Below, piece by piece: positions 27,574 to 38,448 of a stretch of DNA of 64,000 nt. Position 1 is the first letter of the stretch. Each line of letters starts with the position of its first letter. Made by a program: the position numbers and the translations under genes. Source of the stretch: Faecousia sp. (GTDB lineage: Bacteria; Bacillota; Clostridia; Oscillospirales; Oscillospiraceae); assembly GCA_045589055.1 (NCBI GenBank), contig JAZNFH010000039.1:119-64118 (forward strand). Reading direction: 5' to 3'. A model generated the notes under the pieces. It did no database searches. It was not told the DNA's origin and worked only from the letters and a program-made list of their open reading frames with translations.

Positions 27574-30500
27574 GGCGGTCCATCTCCTTTCCGACCGATT
27601 CCCAGAAACGCTGAGCGGTCATTGTTTTATAATTTCTGCGGTCTTCCACTGTTTGGTTATGACATACACACTTATAGGGACAGTAGGTACATGCATCGTG
27701 GCTTGTGCCGCGGCTGTACGGGTTCGGTTTCACATTACCGGATGCGATCTCGTTTACCAGATTCCGAAGCATCTGCATAACAAAATCCTTGAGAAGTGCC
27801 AGCTGCTCTCTGTCAGCGATATCACCGGACAGGCTTCCGTCTTTTCCCTGCTTACAGTTTAAGCGCCTGGGACTTCCCTCCGGCTCCATGGCAGCGATCA
27901 CATCGGTATCGCTTAGAATCAAGCCCTTTCGCTTCAGTTCTTTACTGCGCTTTGCTTCTGCCTGCTCAGCATCCAGTCGTCCAGTCGCGCTCAAATACGG
28001 CATCCGGGCAGGAAAATACTGAACCCCTGCCGGCTTTGTGTTCTCACCTAAGAGGGTATGTCCGCTGTCTTCCAAAGCAAAGAGGTACAAAAGCATCTGC
28101 AGACCGATTCCGTTGAAAATATCACAGTAGTCAAAGTCCTTACGGCCTGTTTTATAGTCAACCACCCGGAAATAATTGGTTTGACCATGATTCCAGATAT
28201 CCACCCTGTCTACAAATCCCCGAAGCTGCGCATCCATAGCCCCACCAGTGACAGAAACCGCATCCATTTGCCCTCCGTCACCGAAAGCGACCTCGAAGCC
28301 AACAGGTACAAATTCAGAAGTGCGCAGTTCCTGCCACAGTTCCTCCACAACCATAGCAACCTCTTGAATGTTGCGTTTAAACAGGTAGGTCAGTCGTTCT
28401 GATTCCAGCTGTCCAAAGCGCTCGGTAGTGTATTCCTCTGAAAATTCCATGGCGATTTCCATGGTTTTCTCCAGTGAGACCCCATGGAATCCACCCAGTG
28501 ACATGACTTCCCGGGCTGTGTGCTCCAGGACCGCGTGGACATAGGTACCAAATTCGGCAGGATCCACGGTTGCTTCCTTTCGTTCCTTGACACGCAGACC
28601 GTAACGAAGGAAATAGGACATCCGGCACTCTGCCTGCAGATCAGCCTGCGATGCAGAGAGACGAAGACTTCGTCCGTACAGCTTTCGAATATTCTCCTGG
28701 GACACATTTCCCACAGTGTAGTTTTTCTTCTGCAGAATCCGGTCATATGCTTCCTGCAATTGCAAAGCAGCCGCTGTCTCTCTGGCATTTCTGGTAACCA
28801 GAAATGCAGCTGTGTCCAGTTCATCGCCACCTGCAATAAACTGCTCTGCTTCCTGCTCACCACCGGCCATTATACACAAGCGCCGATATATAAACGACGG
28901 TTGAGAACCGCAGTAAGAGATCGCAACCGATTCTCTCGCACCGCAGAACACACCATAGATCTCGGAGAATTCAGCCTGCAGGCCTTCCATGCCACCGCCT
29001 GTCAGCGGGACACCCATTTCCCGCAGAGCATTGCGTTCCTGATCGGTCAGCACACCACTGCTGCCACAATAGCCGGGCAGAGCACCTTCCTCTGCACCCA
29101 ACAGGATCAAATGATCCACTTCCTGGCAGCGCATGGCACTGACAGGACCTGCTGTTACCGCATCCAGTACAGGTGGAATCGTACCAACATCGTATTGGCT
29201 TAAAAGCAAGGTAAACAGTCTGACGAAGGTTTCCGTATCCCACGCAGTATCCCCAAGAACCGCATGCAGCTGCTCCAATGCCGTCAGTAAGATTTCCCAA
29301 AGCTGATTCAGGATCTGGGCACTGCGGTTATCCCCCTGTGCATCCATAGAGTCGGCCAGTTCACTGAGCCGTTTTGCAAGTTCAATTCTCTCAAAGAACC
29401 TATAGACCGCCTCTACCTGCTGACTGAGTTTGACTGCAGACCGGAATCCTTGCCGCAAGTCGGCCAGGGGCTGCAAGGCATACTGTCTGGCAGTATTGAG
29501 CATTTCCAGTTTCAGCCTGGCTTCCTCCGTCCATTCCGCACCCAGACCATCCGGATGGTACTCCCAGTTTTGCAGCCACCGGCTGCCACGGATATCCCAA
29601 ATCACTGCGTAGTTTTCCAGTTCATCGCAGGTTTCCATATCCACGGGAGAAAGAACCGATTTCAAGTATTGCAGGGTTTCCTGCCGCTCAAAACCGCTGA
29701 GTGCCGCATCCAGCGCTGACAACACCGTGCTAATCACGGTCTTTTGCAAAATTTCTTCCGTGCCGGATTGGTACAGCGGAATCCCACAGCGTTCAAACAC
29801 CATAGAAAGCGCATGGCGATACGCCGCCATATCCGTACATACCACACCGATACGGCGGAAACGGCATCCGCTTTCCACCAGCTGCAGCACACGACAGGCG
29901 GCATTCACGCACTCGGTGTACAGAGAATCGGTTCTTGTGCAGTGGACGCGCTCTTCAAGGATTACTTCTGCGTTAACGGTACCTTGAAACAGCTTCCGGC
30001 GCAGGATCGTCATAGGGGACTCCGAAACCGGAAGATACTGAACGGACACCGGGACACCGGCCCGTTCGGCACACCGAATCAGCTGTGAGGCAGTGTCTCC
30101 AGCCTTTTCAAAAGAAACTGCACCAGAGCCCGGTCTGTCACAATTCATACAGACAGTCACTTCCGGTGACACTTGGATCAAATATTCCAAAATTGCCAGA
30201 TGCTGCCGGGTGAAATCCGGAAATCCATCAATATAGAATGTGTGATCCCTGGCAAAATCACTATCATAGAGTTGTCCCAACAGCCATGTCATCTGATCCC
30301 GGGGATCCATTTTGCCCCGGGCGCAAAGACCTTCATAGGTTTCCAGCAGCAGGGAAAGCTCCTCAAGCTTCTGCGCAAAGCCACCATCGGTCCGCCCGGC
30401 AGCTGTCTTCAGGTCCTCTGCAGTTATGCAGCAACGCTTAAATTCATCCACTGCATCCACAAGTCCCGTTAGAAACTCCGGCCGCGTTTCCACCTGAGCA

Positions 30501-30820
30501 TACGCTTTCAGGCGACTGTGCAGCTGTCGTGCTGCCGCTGCCATGGCAACTACCCGTCCGCCGTTGTCCAGGCAAACTCTGGCAGCTGCGCCTACGCTGT
30601 CTGCAACCCTTCTGGCAAGCCGGGTAAAAGACAGAACCTCCGCATATCGGCTGGCGGTATCCCCTGCAGCATGGCAAAGCCGACGCTCCATATCGTGGCT
30701 GATCAGCTCAGGGACCATCAGAATCCGGTTTCCCTGTTTCTGCCGGACATCCTCCGCAATTTGCTGTAAAACTGCATCACGACCCACAACCCAATCCTCG
30801 CACAAAATCAGCTTCAGCAC
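27566..30820 (-). CDS. addB: Helicase-nuclease AddAB subunit B
   Basis: LSFTRLA, GFVDRVD, VDYKTG, LQMLLY, C..C.....C Fe-S motif; GTG start after GGAGG. Confidence 0.9.
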   Translation of the reverse strand: MLKLILCEDWVVGRDAVLQQIAEDVRQKQGNRILMVPELISHDMERRLCHAAGDTASRYAEVLSFTRLARRVADSVGAAARVCLDNGGRVVAMAAAARQLHSRLKAYAQVETRPEFLTGLVDAVDEFKRCCITAEDLKTAAGRTDGGFAQKLEELSLLLETYEGLCARGKMDPRDQMTWLLGQLYDSDFARDHTFYIDGFPDFTRQHLAILEYLIQVSPEVTVCMNCDRPGSGAVSFEKAGDTASQLIRCAERAGVPVSVQYLPVSESPMTILRRKLFQGTVNAEVILEERVHCTRTDSLYTECVNAACRVLQLVESGCRFRRIGVVCTDMAAYRHALSMVFERCGIPLYQSGTEEILQKTVISTVLSALDAALSGFERQETLQYLKSVLSPVDMETCDELENYAVIWDIRGSRWLQNWEYHPDGLGAEWTEEARLKLEMLNTARQYALQPLADLRQGFRSAVKLSQQVEAVYRFFERIELAKRLSELADSMDAQGDNRSAQILNQLWEILLTALEQLHAVLGDTAWDTETFVRLFTLLLSQYDVGTIPPVLDAVTAGPVSAMRCQEVDHLILLGAEEGALPGYCGSSGVLTDQERNALREMGVPLTGGGMEGLQAEFSEIYGVFCGARESVAISYCGSQPSFIYRRLCIMAGGEQEAEQFIAGGDELDTAAFLVTRNARETAAALQLQEAYDRILQKKNYTVGNVSQENIRKLYGRSLRLSASQADLQAECRMSYFLRYGLRVKERKEATVDPAEFGTYVHAVLEHTAREVMSLGGFHGVSLEKTMEIAMEFSEEYTTERFGQLESERLTYLFKRNIQEVAMVVEELWQELRTSEFVPVGFEVAFGDGGQMDAVSVTGGAMDAQLRGFVDRVDIWNHGQTNYFRVVDYKTGRKDFDYCDIFNGIGLQMLLYLFALEDSGHTLLGENTKPAGVQYFPARMPYLSATGRLDAEQAEAKRSKELKRKGLILSDTDVIAAMEPEGSPRRLNCKQGKDGSLSGDIADREQLALLKDFVMQMLRNLVNEIASGNVKPNPYSRGTSHDACTYCPYKCVCHNQTVEDRRNYKTMTAQRFWESVGKEMDRHG

Positions 30821-30939
30821 AGCTGCACCTCCTTCCAAATAATAAATGTATTTTATCACAGCAGTGAAGAAAAGAAAACCGTCTTTCACAGAAAAAGCGT
30901 CTGTGCAGAAGAAATATCTGCACAGACGGACACTTTTCG

Positions 30940-31797
30940 TTACACAGGCTTGGCAATATAAACCTGCGGATAATTCTCTTTAAGCATACTGCAAATAACG
31001 GCTGCAAATTCGAATTCCGGAACAATGGCAAAAACAGCAGAGCCGGTACCGGTCATCTGATAAGCTGCAGCACCATAGCTGTTAAAGATTGATTTAATGT
31101 AATTCAATTCCAAATGCTCCTGCGTTACCAGCGGATCAAAAACATTGTACACATTTTCGCATAGCTTACCCAAATCCCCCGCCAAAATCGCAGATTCCAT
31201 CAATTGATGATCCGGATGCCTGGGGATCGGTGTCTGATCGATCTTTGCAAAGAGTTCCGGTGTGGAAATAGAAAAGTCCGGCTTGCAAATCACAAAGATA
31301 CAGTCCGGGATATTGGGCAGCGGCCGAAGCTTTTCTCCCCGTCCTTCTGCCACAGCAGTACCACAAATGGTACAAAACGGCACATCACTGCCAATCTCGC
31401 TGCCCAGCTCCGCCAGTGCCGGCAAAGAAAGCGGGTTGCCGTAATGGCGGTTCAGCGCTCGCAGGACTGCTGCGGCATCAGCGCTGCCGCCGGCCATTCC
31501 CGCTTGCTGGGGAATTCGTTTTGTGATACGGATTTCCAGTCCATCCGGGTCTTTATGAAGGGTATCGCAATACAGCTTGGCAGCCTTCCATGCCAGATTG
31601 CGCGCATCCGTCGGAATGGTTTCGTCAGTACAAAGCAGCTTCCACGGTTTTCCGGTACCGATGTCGATTTCAATATCATCCCGGATGGAGATCGTCTGCA
31701 TAATACTTTTAATATCATGATAACCATCGCTGCGTTTTCCGAGAACATCCAGCGTCAGGTTCAGTTTGGCATAGGCAGCCTCATAGAGTGTTGTCAT
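30940..31797 (-). CDS. ispE: 4-diphosphocytidyl-2-C-methyl-D-erythritol kinase
   Basis: AKLNLTLDV, GYH, AGMAGGSADAAA, GSDVPF. Confidence 0.96.
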   Translation of the reverse strand: MTTLYEAAYAKLNLTLDVLGKRSDGYHDIKSIMQTISIRDDIEIDIGTGKPWKLLCTDETIPTDARNLAWKAAKLYCDTLHKDPDGLEIRITKRIPQQAGMAGGSADAAAVLRALNRHYGNPLSLPALAELGSEIGSDVPFCTICGTAVAEGRGEKLRPLPNIPDCIFVICKPDFSISTPELFAKIDQTPIPRHPDHQLMESAILAGDLGKLCENVYNVFDPLVTQEHLELNYIKSIFNSYGAAAYQMTGTGSAVFAIVPEFEFAAVICSMLKENYPQVYIAKPV

Positions 31798-31929
31798 ATC
31801 TTCTCATCCTTTAAATTTTTCTTTTTATACTTTACCGTAAAAATACCCTTTTTGCAAGTAGCCAGCTGCATAATTTTTGTCAGATTGGAAATCCTACATT
31901 CAGCCACTGTTAGAAATGGAGGTAGCATT

Positions 31930-32133
31930 ATGGATACACTGGCGCTGATTCTGTCCATCATAGGCAGCCTGAACTGGGGTCTGGTCGGTATTTTCCAGTT
32001 TGATCTGGTTGCATGGTTGTTTGGTGGTCAAGGTTCTGTTGTCAGCCGGATTATTTATACGGCAGTCGGTCTGGCAGGATTATGGTGCATCACACTGCTG
32101 TTTCGCAAAGGGCAGCATGCTGACGGCGAATGA
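31930..32133 (+). CDS. DUF378 small membrane protein
   Basis: IIGSLNWGLVGIFQFDLVAWLFG; GGAGG RBS; sigmaF-like GCATA..GGAAATCCTA upstream. Confidence 0.9.
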   Translation: MDTLALILSIIGSLNWGLVGIFQFDLVAWLFGGQGSVVSRIIYTAVGLAGLWCITLLFRKGQHADGE

Positions 32134-32180
32134 CAAAGAAAACGGCAGCACTGTTCGTGCTGCCGTTTTTATGTCTGTAC

Positions 32181-33227
32181 TTAGAAGTCACAGCGAATGA
32201 CGCAGCTTACCTTCACACCGTTGTATTCGGCATAGACATTGGTAAGACCAGGGCCTACAGCCTTGACAACACCGTCTTTAACAGTCGCAACCTTAGAGTT
32301 GCCAACTGTCCAGACAATCTTGGACATATCGATATCGCCATCATACAGCTTATAGCTCTGACCCTTGGCATCAAAGGTAATATCCGATTTTTTCAGCTTA
32401 AGGTCACCGGTATTCTGCGGTTTTGTCTCCTGAGGCTTGGTCTCAGCAGGCTTGGTTTCCTGCGGTTTGGTTTCAGCAGGTTTTGTTTCTGCAGGTTTCG
32501 TCTCTTGGGGTTTTGTTTCTGCAGGACCGAAATTGCAGACTACCTTGCACTGCACACTGACAGCACCGCAGGTAATTGTGATCGTGGTTTCACCATTTCC
32601 GACAGCAGTGATTTTGCCGTCAGCAGATACCTTGGCAACATCATCATTGGCAGAAGTATATGTAATGGTATCGGTGGTGTTAGCAGGCACGGGAACCACA
32701 TTCAACAGCCACTGACTGCCCGCCTGGTCCAAAGACACGGTTTCTTCATAGACAGTCAGACTGGTGCAGGGCAGGTCCTCAGGAACCGTAGTACCCTGTG
32801 TCTGGGGCGGTTGCTCCGTCTGGTTGGTCTGGGTGTTTCCAGTGGTTTCAGTGGTTTCAGTGGGAGGATTTGTCTCAATCGGATCCGATGCCGGTGCAAA
32901 GTAACGGAAATAGATGTAGCCGGTTGTGACCGCAATTGCCAGCAGCAGGCAAATAACAGCAATAATCAAACCGAGGTCTGACTTGCTCTTTTTCTTTTTT
33001 GCTTTTGCCTGTCTCTTGGGTGCAGCACTTGCGGAAACATTCCGCTTGTTTGCATTACCGGAAGAAAATCTTCCGCCTTTGACGCGGTGATGAGAGGCAG
33101 CTGCGTCAGCAGCAGGCTCGTCAGGCGCAAACTCAGCACTTTCGGGTTTTTCAAAACCGCAGACAGGGCACTCCTGCTCTGTATCTGCGTATGTGGTGCC
33201 ACAAATTTCACAAATGACCTTACTCAT
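32181..33227 (-). CDS. Zinc-ribbon / TM / bacterial Ig-like (Big_2) surface protein
   Basis: CEIC..CPVC, basic linker, single TM, two VA.V..G.V.AV..G.T.I motifs. Confidence 0.8.
   Translation of the reverse strand: MSKVICEICGTTYADTEQECPVCGFEKPESAEFAPDEPAADAAASHHRVKGGRFSSGNANKRNVSASAAPKRQAKAKKKKSKSDLGLIIAVICLLLAIAVTTGYIYFRYFAPASDPIETNPPTETTETTGNTQTNQTEQPPQTQGTTVPEDLPCTSLTVYEETVSLDQAGSQWLLNVVPVPANTTDTITYTSANDDVAKVSADGKITAVGNGETTITITCGAVSVQCKVVCNFGPAETKPQETKPAETKPAETKPQETKPAETKPQETKPQNTGDLKLKKSDITFDAKGQSYKLYDGDIDMSKIVWTVGNSKVATVKDGVVKAVGPGLTNVYAEYNGVKVSCVIRCDF
32417..32523 (-). repeat. 15-bp coding tandem repeat ETKP(Q/A) x7
   Basis: Seen in DNA and in the translation. Confidence 0.9.
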
Positions 33228-33418
33228 AATAGTCCTCCTGTTTGAAGCTTAGGTACTATGTCTTGCGTATTGTAACATATTTCTACACTAAATACAACTA
33301 GTATTCTGTATCATTCAAAATAATTTCATATTTGCGTCCACGGAAAATATCATGGAAAAGTTATTGCTTTTTTTCCTGTTATCCCTTATGATATTGGAAG
33401 TGAAACTATAAGGAGGCG

Positions 33419-36400
33419 ATGGATTTGTCAGAACTGAAGCTGATCTCCCCAATGCTGGATGATTATTCCATGGGCGAACCGATCAGCAATCACCACGGTG
33501 TTCGCTGCTGCCCCGCTATGCGTAACAATTCTGATAGTAGATACATTGTAAAAATTATTTCCATCCCCGCATCCCAGGTACAACTCCAGGCACTTTTGCT
33601 GACTGGCGCCTACCAGAATGAGGCTGCTGCCCGCGACTATTTTCTGGAACTGGCGCAGGGGGTACTTGCGGAATCGGATGTTTTAGCCAAGCTCTCCAAG
33701 CTGGGAGGATTCGTACCCTTTGAGGATCGTCAAATCGTTCCAATGGATCATGAGGTTGGTTACGATGTATATCTGCTCAGCAGCTACCGGCGCAGTCTTG
33801 CCCGGTATCTGCGCAAAACCAACATCACCCATCTGACTGCGGTGAATCTGGGTCTGGATATGTGCGCTGCATTGGCTGTTTGCCGGCAAGCCGGCTATCT
33901 GTATGCGGGTTTGAAGCCGGAAAATATTTTTATCCATAATGACCGGGAATTCCGGATCGGAGATCTGGGATTTTTGAAACTGGACGCACTGAAATTCACA
34001 TCCATGCCGGAACACTGCATCAGCAGCTATACCGCTCCCGAGATTATCGACGCATTCTCGGATGTGAATCCCACTGTAGATATCTATTCCGCCGGTATCA
34101 TTCTATATCAGATCTATAATGGCGGAGAACTGCCCTTCACTGACCGGGCAACCATGGATCCTCTGCCCGCCCCGGCCTATGCTGACTACGAACTGGCGGA
34201 AATTATTTTGAAGGCCTGCGCACCGGATCCCAAGGACCGTTGGCAGGATCCCATGGAAATGGGACAGGCACTGGTTTCCTATATGCAAAGAAACGGTGTC
34301 AATGACACGCCCATTCTGACAAACCCGCAGCCTCACGAGGAACTGATTGAGCAGCAGTCACAGGAGCCGGATTCCTTAGAAGAACCGGAGCATGCTGCGC
34401 TTTTGCAGGAGGATGAACCGGCCGATGAGCAGATCTGTCTGGATGAGTTTGAAGTCTACCTTACTGCAGAGGATCCTTCTGAAGAAGAACCGGAACCGGA
34501 TGTCACGGAAGAACCCGAACCCGAACCATTGGAAGAGGACTTTTTGAACCTTTCTTTCCTGGATGATCTGGTTAGTGATGATACTGTGCCGGATGCAGAC
34601 ATGGCCGTAGATTTCAGCTATGAAGATGTTTCTGAAGACGCATCCTCTATTCTATCCATGGCAGATGACTTTATTAATCATGAACAGCCGGAAGAAGACA
34701 CCCAGACCCCCCCTGTTTCTGAAGAATCCACCGCCGTGATGGATGGTGCGACCAGAGTGATTCAGGAACCGCTTATGAATACGAAAGCCATGGAAGAGGC
34801 CAATGAAGATGAGGAAGAAGAATATCCGTATTCTGACGATGACGAGGAGGATTGGCCGGAACCTGCCGAAGACAGTGAGGACGCACCCCCAGACGATGGC
34901 AGAGACGATCTAAAGTTCGCTCGCCGTAAATCCGCCCTTCGCAAGTCTGAGCAGAGAATTTCCGCACGGAAGAAATCCGATAAGAAGCTGTCCAGAAAAT
35001 GGATCACGCTGACGATTGTCGTTGTCCTTCTTCTTGCACTGGTTGTTGGCAGTTACCTGTTCTATCGAGACTACTACCTCCGGTCCGTCAGCGGCCTGTC
35101 ACTGGAAGGCAGCGAAGATCATCTGGTGGTAAAAGTATCTGCCAATGTGGATGAGTCACTTCTCACTGTCCTGTGTGTCGATACCTATGGCACAACCAAA
35201 ACCTCTTCCGTTACCGACGGAAAAGCTGAATTTACAGGATTAGACCCCAACACCCTTTACAAAGTCAAAATTCAGGTTGACGGTCTGCACAAGCTTACCG
35301 GCAAGATTGAAGACAGTTATACCACCCCTGTTCAGACCGATATTCTTTCTTTTACCGCTGTGACAGGCACCGAACCCGGAACAGCCGTTCTGAGCTTCAC
35401 GGTTGACGGCATGGATTCCACTGCCTGGTCTGTTACCTACTGGGCAGATGGTGAGGAAGAGAAAAAGGAGATCTTTGGGGGTCACATGGTCAATATTTCC
35501 GGACTGGTTTCCGGTAAGACCTATACATTCAAGCTGGATGCCGGTGCCAACATGTACATAACCGGTATGGATACACTGCAGTATCACGCAGTTGACCCGG
35601 TAGTTGCAGAAAATCTTGCCATCACAAGCTGTACCGCTGACACGCTGAGCGTCAGCTGGCAGGTACCCGAGGGTGCTGTTGTTGAAAGCTGGTCTGTGCA
35701 TTGTTACAGTGATACCGGATACTCCGAATCCGTCGTCACCGAGGATACGACCGTGACCTTTACAGGCCTGAACGGAAACGAAGCACATACCGTGGAGGTT
35801 ATTGCCAACGGCATGAGCGCAAGCAGCCGCTGCTACATGACCGCAAATGCTGTAACCGTATCCAACATCAAAGTGACTCGGAAGGATTCTTCCAATCTGG
35901 CACTGTCTTGGGATTATACCGGCAACAAGCCCGCCGGTCAGTGGATTCTGACCTATAATGTAGATGGTGCTGCCCATGATGAAATGGTTCGCACCAACAC
36001 CAATACTGCGACCATCTCCCCCCTGGTTCCCGGCGCGACTTACACCATTTCCATTCTGCTGGACGACGGAACCACCGTATTCACGGAGCCCTTTACTTAC
36101 ACCGCTCCGGCGGCAGCACGCTTCTCCGGCTATTTGACCGGTGCTGACTACATCACCGCAAGTATGTGCAAAACGCCTGACAAGGCCGGTTGGGATCGCA
36201 ATGATTTGACCATGGATTCATATACCAACTCCTTCAAGGTGGGTACCAAGGGTTCCTTCCTGCTCTACACCAGCCGAAACTACAACACCTCCAACACAGT
36301 GATCACCACCATGTATGTGATCCACGCAGAGGACGGCACCCTTATCAGCAGCAACATTACCCAGCAGACCTGGACCAATATGTGGTACAAGCGCTACTGT

Positions 36401-36508
36401 GAGCTGGACATTCCGGCACTTCCCGATAAGGCAGGCAACTACACCATCAGCATCTACTTCAACGGTGCCTTTGTCCATAGTCAGAACTTTAAAATGACTG
36501 ATAAATAA
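33419..36508 (+). CDS. Membrane Hanks-type Ser/Thr (pseudo)kinase with acidic linker and FN3-like ectodomain
   Basis: VK, LKPEN, DLG, YTAPE, DIYSAG; TM near residue 530; L.P.T.Y repeats. Confidence 0.85.
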   Translation: MDLSELKLISPMLDDYSMGEPISNHHGVRCCPAMRNNSDSRYIVKIISIPASQVQLQALLLTGAYQNEAAARDYFLELAQGVLAESDVLAKLSKLGGFVPFEDRQIVPMDHEVGYDVYLLSSYRRSLARYLRKTNITHLTAVNLGLDMCAALAVCRQAGYLYAGLKPENIFIHNDREFRIGDLGFLKLDALKFTSMPEHCISSYTAPEIIDAFSDVNPTVDIYSAGIILYQIYNGGELPFTDRATMDPLPAPAYADYELAEIILKACAPDPKDRWQDPMEMGQALVSYMQRNGVNDTPILTNPQPHEELIEQQSQEPDSLEEPEHAALLQEDEPADEQICLDEFEVYLTAEDPSEEEPEPDVTEEPEPEPLEEDFLNLSFLDDLVSDDTVPDADMAVDFSYEDVSEDASSILSMADDFINHEQPEEDTQTPPVSEESTAVMDGATRVIQEPLMNTKAMEEANEDEEEEYPYSDDDEEDWPEPAEDSEDAPPDDGRDDLKFARRKSALRKSEQRISARKKSDKKLSRKWITLTIVVVLLLALVVGSYLFYRDYYLRSVSGLSLEGSEDHLVVKVSANVDESLLTVLCVDTYGTTKTSSVTDGKAEFTGLDPNTLYKVKIQVDGLHKLTGKIEDSYTTPVQTDILSFTAVTGTEPGTAVLSFTVDGMDSTAWSVTYWADGEEEKKEIFGGHMVNISGLVSGKTYTFKLDAGANMYITGMDTLQYHAVDPVVAENLAITSCTADTLSVSWQVPEGAVVESWSVHCYSDTGYSESVVTEDTTVTFTGLNGNEAHTVEVIANGMSASSRCYMTANAVTVSNIKVTRKDSSNLALSWDYTGNKPAGQWILTYNVDGAAHDEMVRTNTNTATISPLVPGATYTISILLDDGTTVFTEPFTYTAPAAARFSGYLTGADYITASMCKTPDKAGWDRNDLTMDSYTNSFKVGTKGSFLLYTSRNYNTSNTVITTMYVIHAEDGTLISSNITQQTWTNMWYKRYCELDIPALPDKAGNYTISIYFNGAFVHSQNFKMTDK

Positions 36509-36554
36509 TGATTAAGAAAGAGCCGTGCAGTTCAAAGCAGCACGGCTCTTCTTA

Positions 36555-36971
36555 TTATTTCTTTTTGAACACCAGCAGCTTACTGCCGACATAGTTTAAA
36601 ATAACAACCAAAACACTGGTAATCAGTTTCCAAAGATTTCCGTTCCATGCCAGAAGATCCACTGCTAAAAACAGAATCGCTGTTTCTGAAAGACCAGATC
36701 CAATGCGGCATACAACAAACTTTCCCAGTTCCGGCAAAAGAACCCCAAGACTCCAGTCACGGCTGCCAAATACCCACGGCTTGTTTGTCAGAAAGGCAAA
36801 GGCAACTGCCACCACCCATGCAAGCACATTGCTGACGGTCGCAGAAAGTTGTGCAATATTATATAAAGGCAGGTAAACCGCGTAATTGACAAGTGTTGTC
36901 AACACACCGAAAAAAAGGTAAGAAACTATATCCCAGTGGTTCTTGATCAGATCGATAATCCGCTTGACCAT
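36555..36971 (-). CDS. GtrA family protein
   Basis: YLFFGVLTTLVN, AFLTNKPWVF, LNYVGSKLLVF. Confidence 0.9.
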   Translation of the reverse strand: MVKRIIDLIKNHWDIVSYLFFGVLTTLVNYAVYLPLYNIAQLSATVSNVLAWVVAVAFAFLTNKPWVFGSRDWSLGVLLPELGKFVVCRIGSGLSETAILFLAVDLLAWNGNLWKLITSVLVVILNYVGSKLLVFKKK

Positions 36972-36972
36972 G

Positions 36973-38250
36973 TTACTGCTCCAGAAGCTTTTCCAGAGCA
37001 GCCAGCTTCAGGCAGATGCAAAATACATCCATGGCCTGCTTCAGCTCTTCCACAGGGGGAAGGCTGGGAGCAATACGGATGTTGCTGTCGTTGGGATCGA
37101 TGCCATAGGGGAAGGTCGCGCCGGCGTCGGTCATAGTCACACCAGCTTCTTTACACAGCGCCAGCGTCCGCTTTGCAGTGCCGTGCATGGCATTCAAGCT
37201 CACAAAGTAACCGCCTTTCGGCTTATTCCATTGCGCAATAGAAACAGGCGCCACCTGCGCATCCAGCATTTCCAGAACGCAGCGGAACTTGGGACCCATA
37301 ATGGCAGCGTGAGCCTGCATAATTTCCAAAGTATGCGCCTTGTCCTTCAGAAAGCGGACATGTCGGAGCTGATTGACCTTATCATAAGAGATGGTCTGCA
37401 CACCCCAGAGCTTGCTTAAGTATTGAATGTTGGCCTGGGATCCAGCCATCACGGAGATGCCGCTGCCAGCCAGTGTGATTTTGGAGGTGGAAGCAAATTC
37501 CAGAACTATGTCGGGATTACCGGCGCGCTCACACAGAGAGATAATATCCGCAAAGGGAACGAACTCTCCTTCAAACTCATGAATGCAGTAGGCATTGTCC
37601 CACATGATCACAAAGTCGGGCGCTGCCGGCTTCAGATTTGCAAACCGATCAATGGTTTCATCGGAATAAATAATGCCGTCGGGGTTGGAATACTTGGGAA
37701 CACACCAGATACCCTTGACCTGGGGATCCTTTACCATTTCTTCCACCAGATCCATATTGGGACCATACTCAGTCATCGGAATCGTCACAAGCTCAGCACC
37801 GAAGGATTCCGTAATGCGGAAATGACGGTCATAACCGGGAGCGGGACACAGGAATTTCACGGTTTCTTCCTTACACCAGGGACGCTCACTGTGCAGCAAG
37901 CCATGGGTGTAAGCCTTGGAGATCACATCATACATCAGATTCAAACTGGCACTGCCGCCAGCAAAGGTCTGCTCCGGTTTGCAGCCAAGAACATCTGCCC
38001 AATAGGCTTTTGCGCACGGCAGGCCTGCCAGATCACCATAATTTCTGGCATCGATATTACCGTCAAAGCAATCTTCCGGCTTGCTGATAACTGTCAGAAT
38101 ATCCGCACAGATATCCAGCTGTGCCTTGGCGGGCTTACCGCGGGCCATATTCAGATTCAGTCTTTTCTCCTTGCAGGCTTCAAATGCACGCTGCTGAACA
38201 GCCAGTTCACGGGTCAATTCTTCGCGAGTCATAGAATCATAGGTTTTCAT
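36973..38250 (-). CDS. PLP-dependent aminotransferase class I/II
   Basis: MARGKP, PGYDRHF, PKYSNP, WDNAY, STSK. Confidence 0.9.
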   Translation of the reverse strand: MKTYDSMTREELTRELAVQQRAFEACKEKRLNLNMARGKPAKAQLDICADILTVISKPEDCFDGNIDARNYGDLAGLPCAKAYWADVLGCKPEQTFAGGSASLNLMYDVISKAYTHGLLHSERPWCKEETVKFLCPAPGYDRHFRITESFGAELVTIPMTEYGPNMDLVEEMVKDPQVKGIWCVPKYSNPDGIIYSDETIDRFANLKPAAPDFVIMWDNAYCIHEFEGEFVPFADIISLCERAGNPDIVLEFASTSKITLAGSGISVMAGSQANIQYLSKLWGVQTISYDKVNQLRHVRFLKDKAHTLEIMQAHAAIMGPKFRCVLEMLDAQVAPVSIAQWNKPKGGYFVSLNAMHGTAKRTLALCKEAGVTMTDAGATFPYGIDPNDSNIRIAPSLPPVEELKQAMDVFCICLKLAALEKLLEQ

Positions 38251-38448
38251 TACAACAATCCCCTTCCGTTGAAATCGCAACTATTATATGTCTCTTTCCC
38301 GAAAAATGCAAGCACAGGAAAATATTTGTACGAATCCACAAATGCTGCTGTCAGAGAAATTAGAATTTTTTCACTATTGCTCTCTTGCTTTTTTCCGGGA
38401 TTTCGCATAAAATTTCATAAGATATGTTTATTGGAAAGGAAGGGTTCT

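Noticed and set aside
37423-38448. 342-aa N-terminal extension of glutamine synthetase III
   Set aside because: Mostly the antisense shadow of the aminotransferase; the real RBS and ATG are at 38449.
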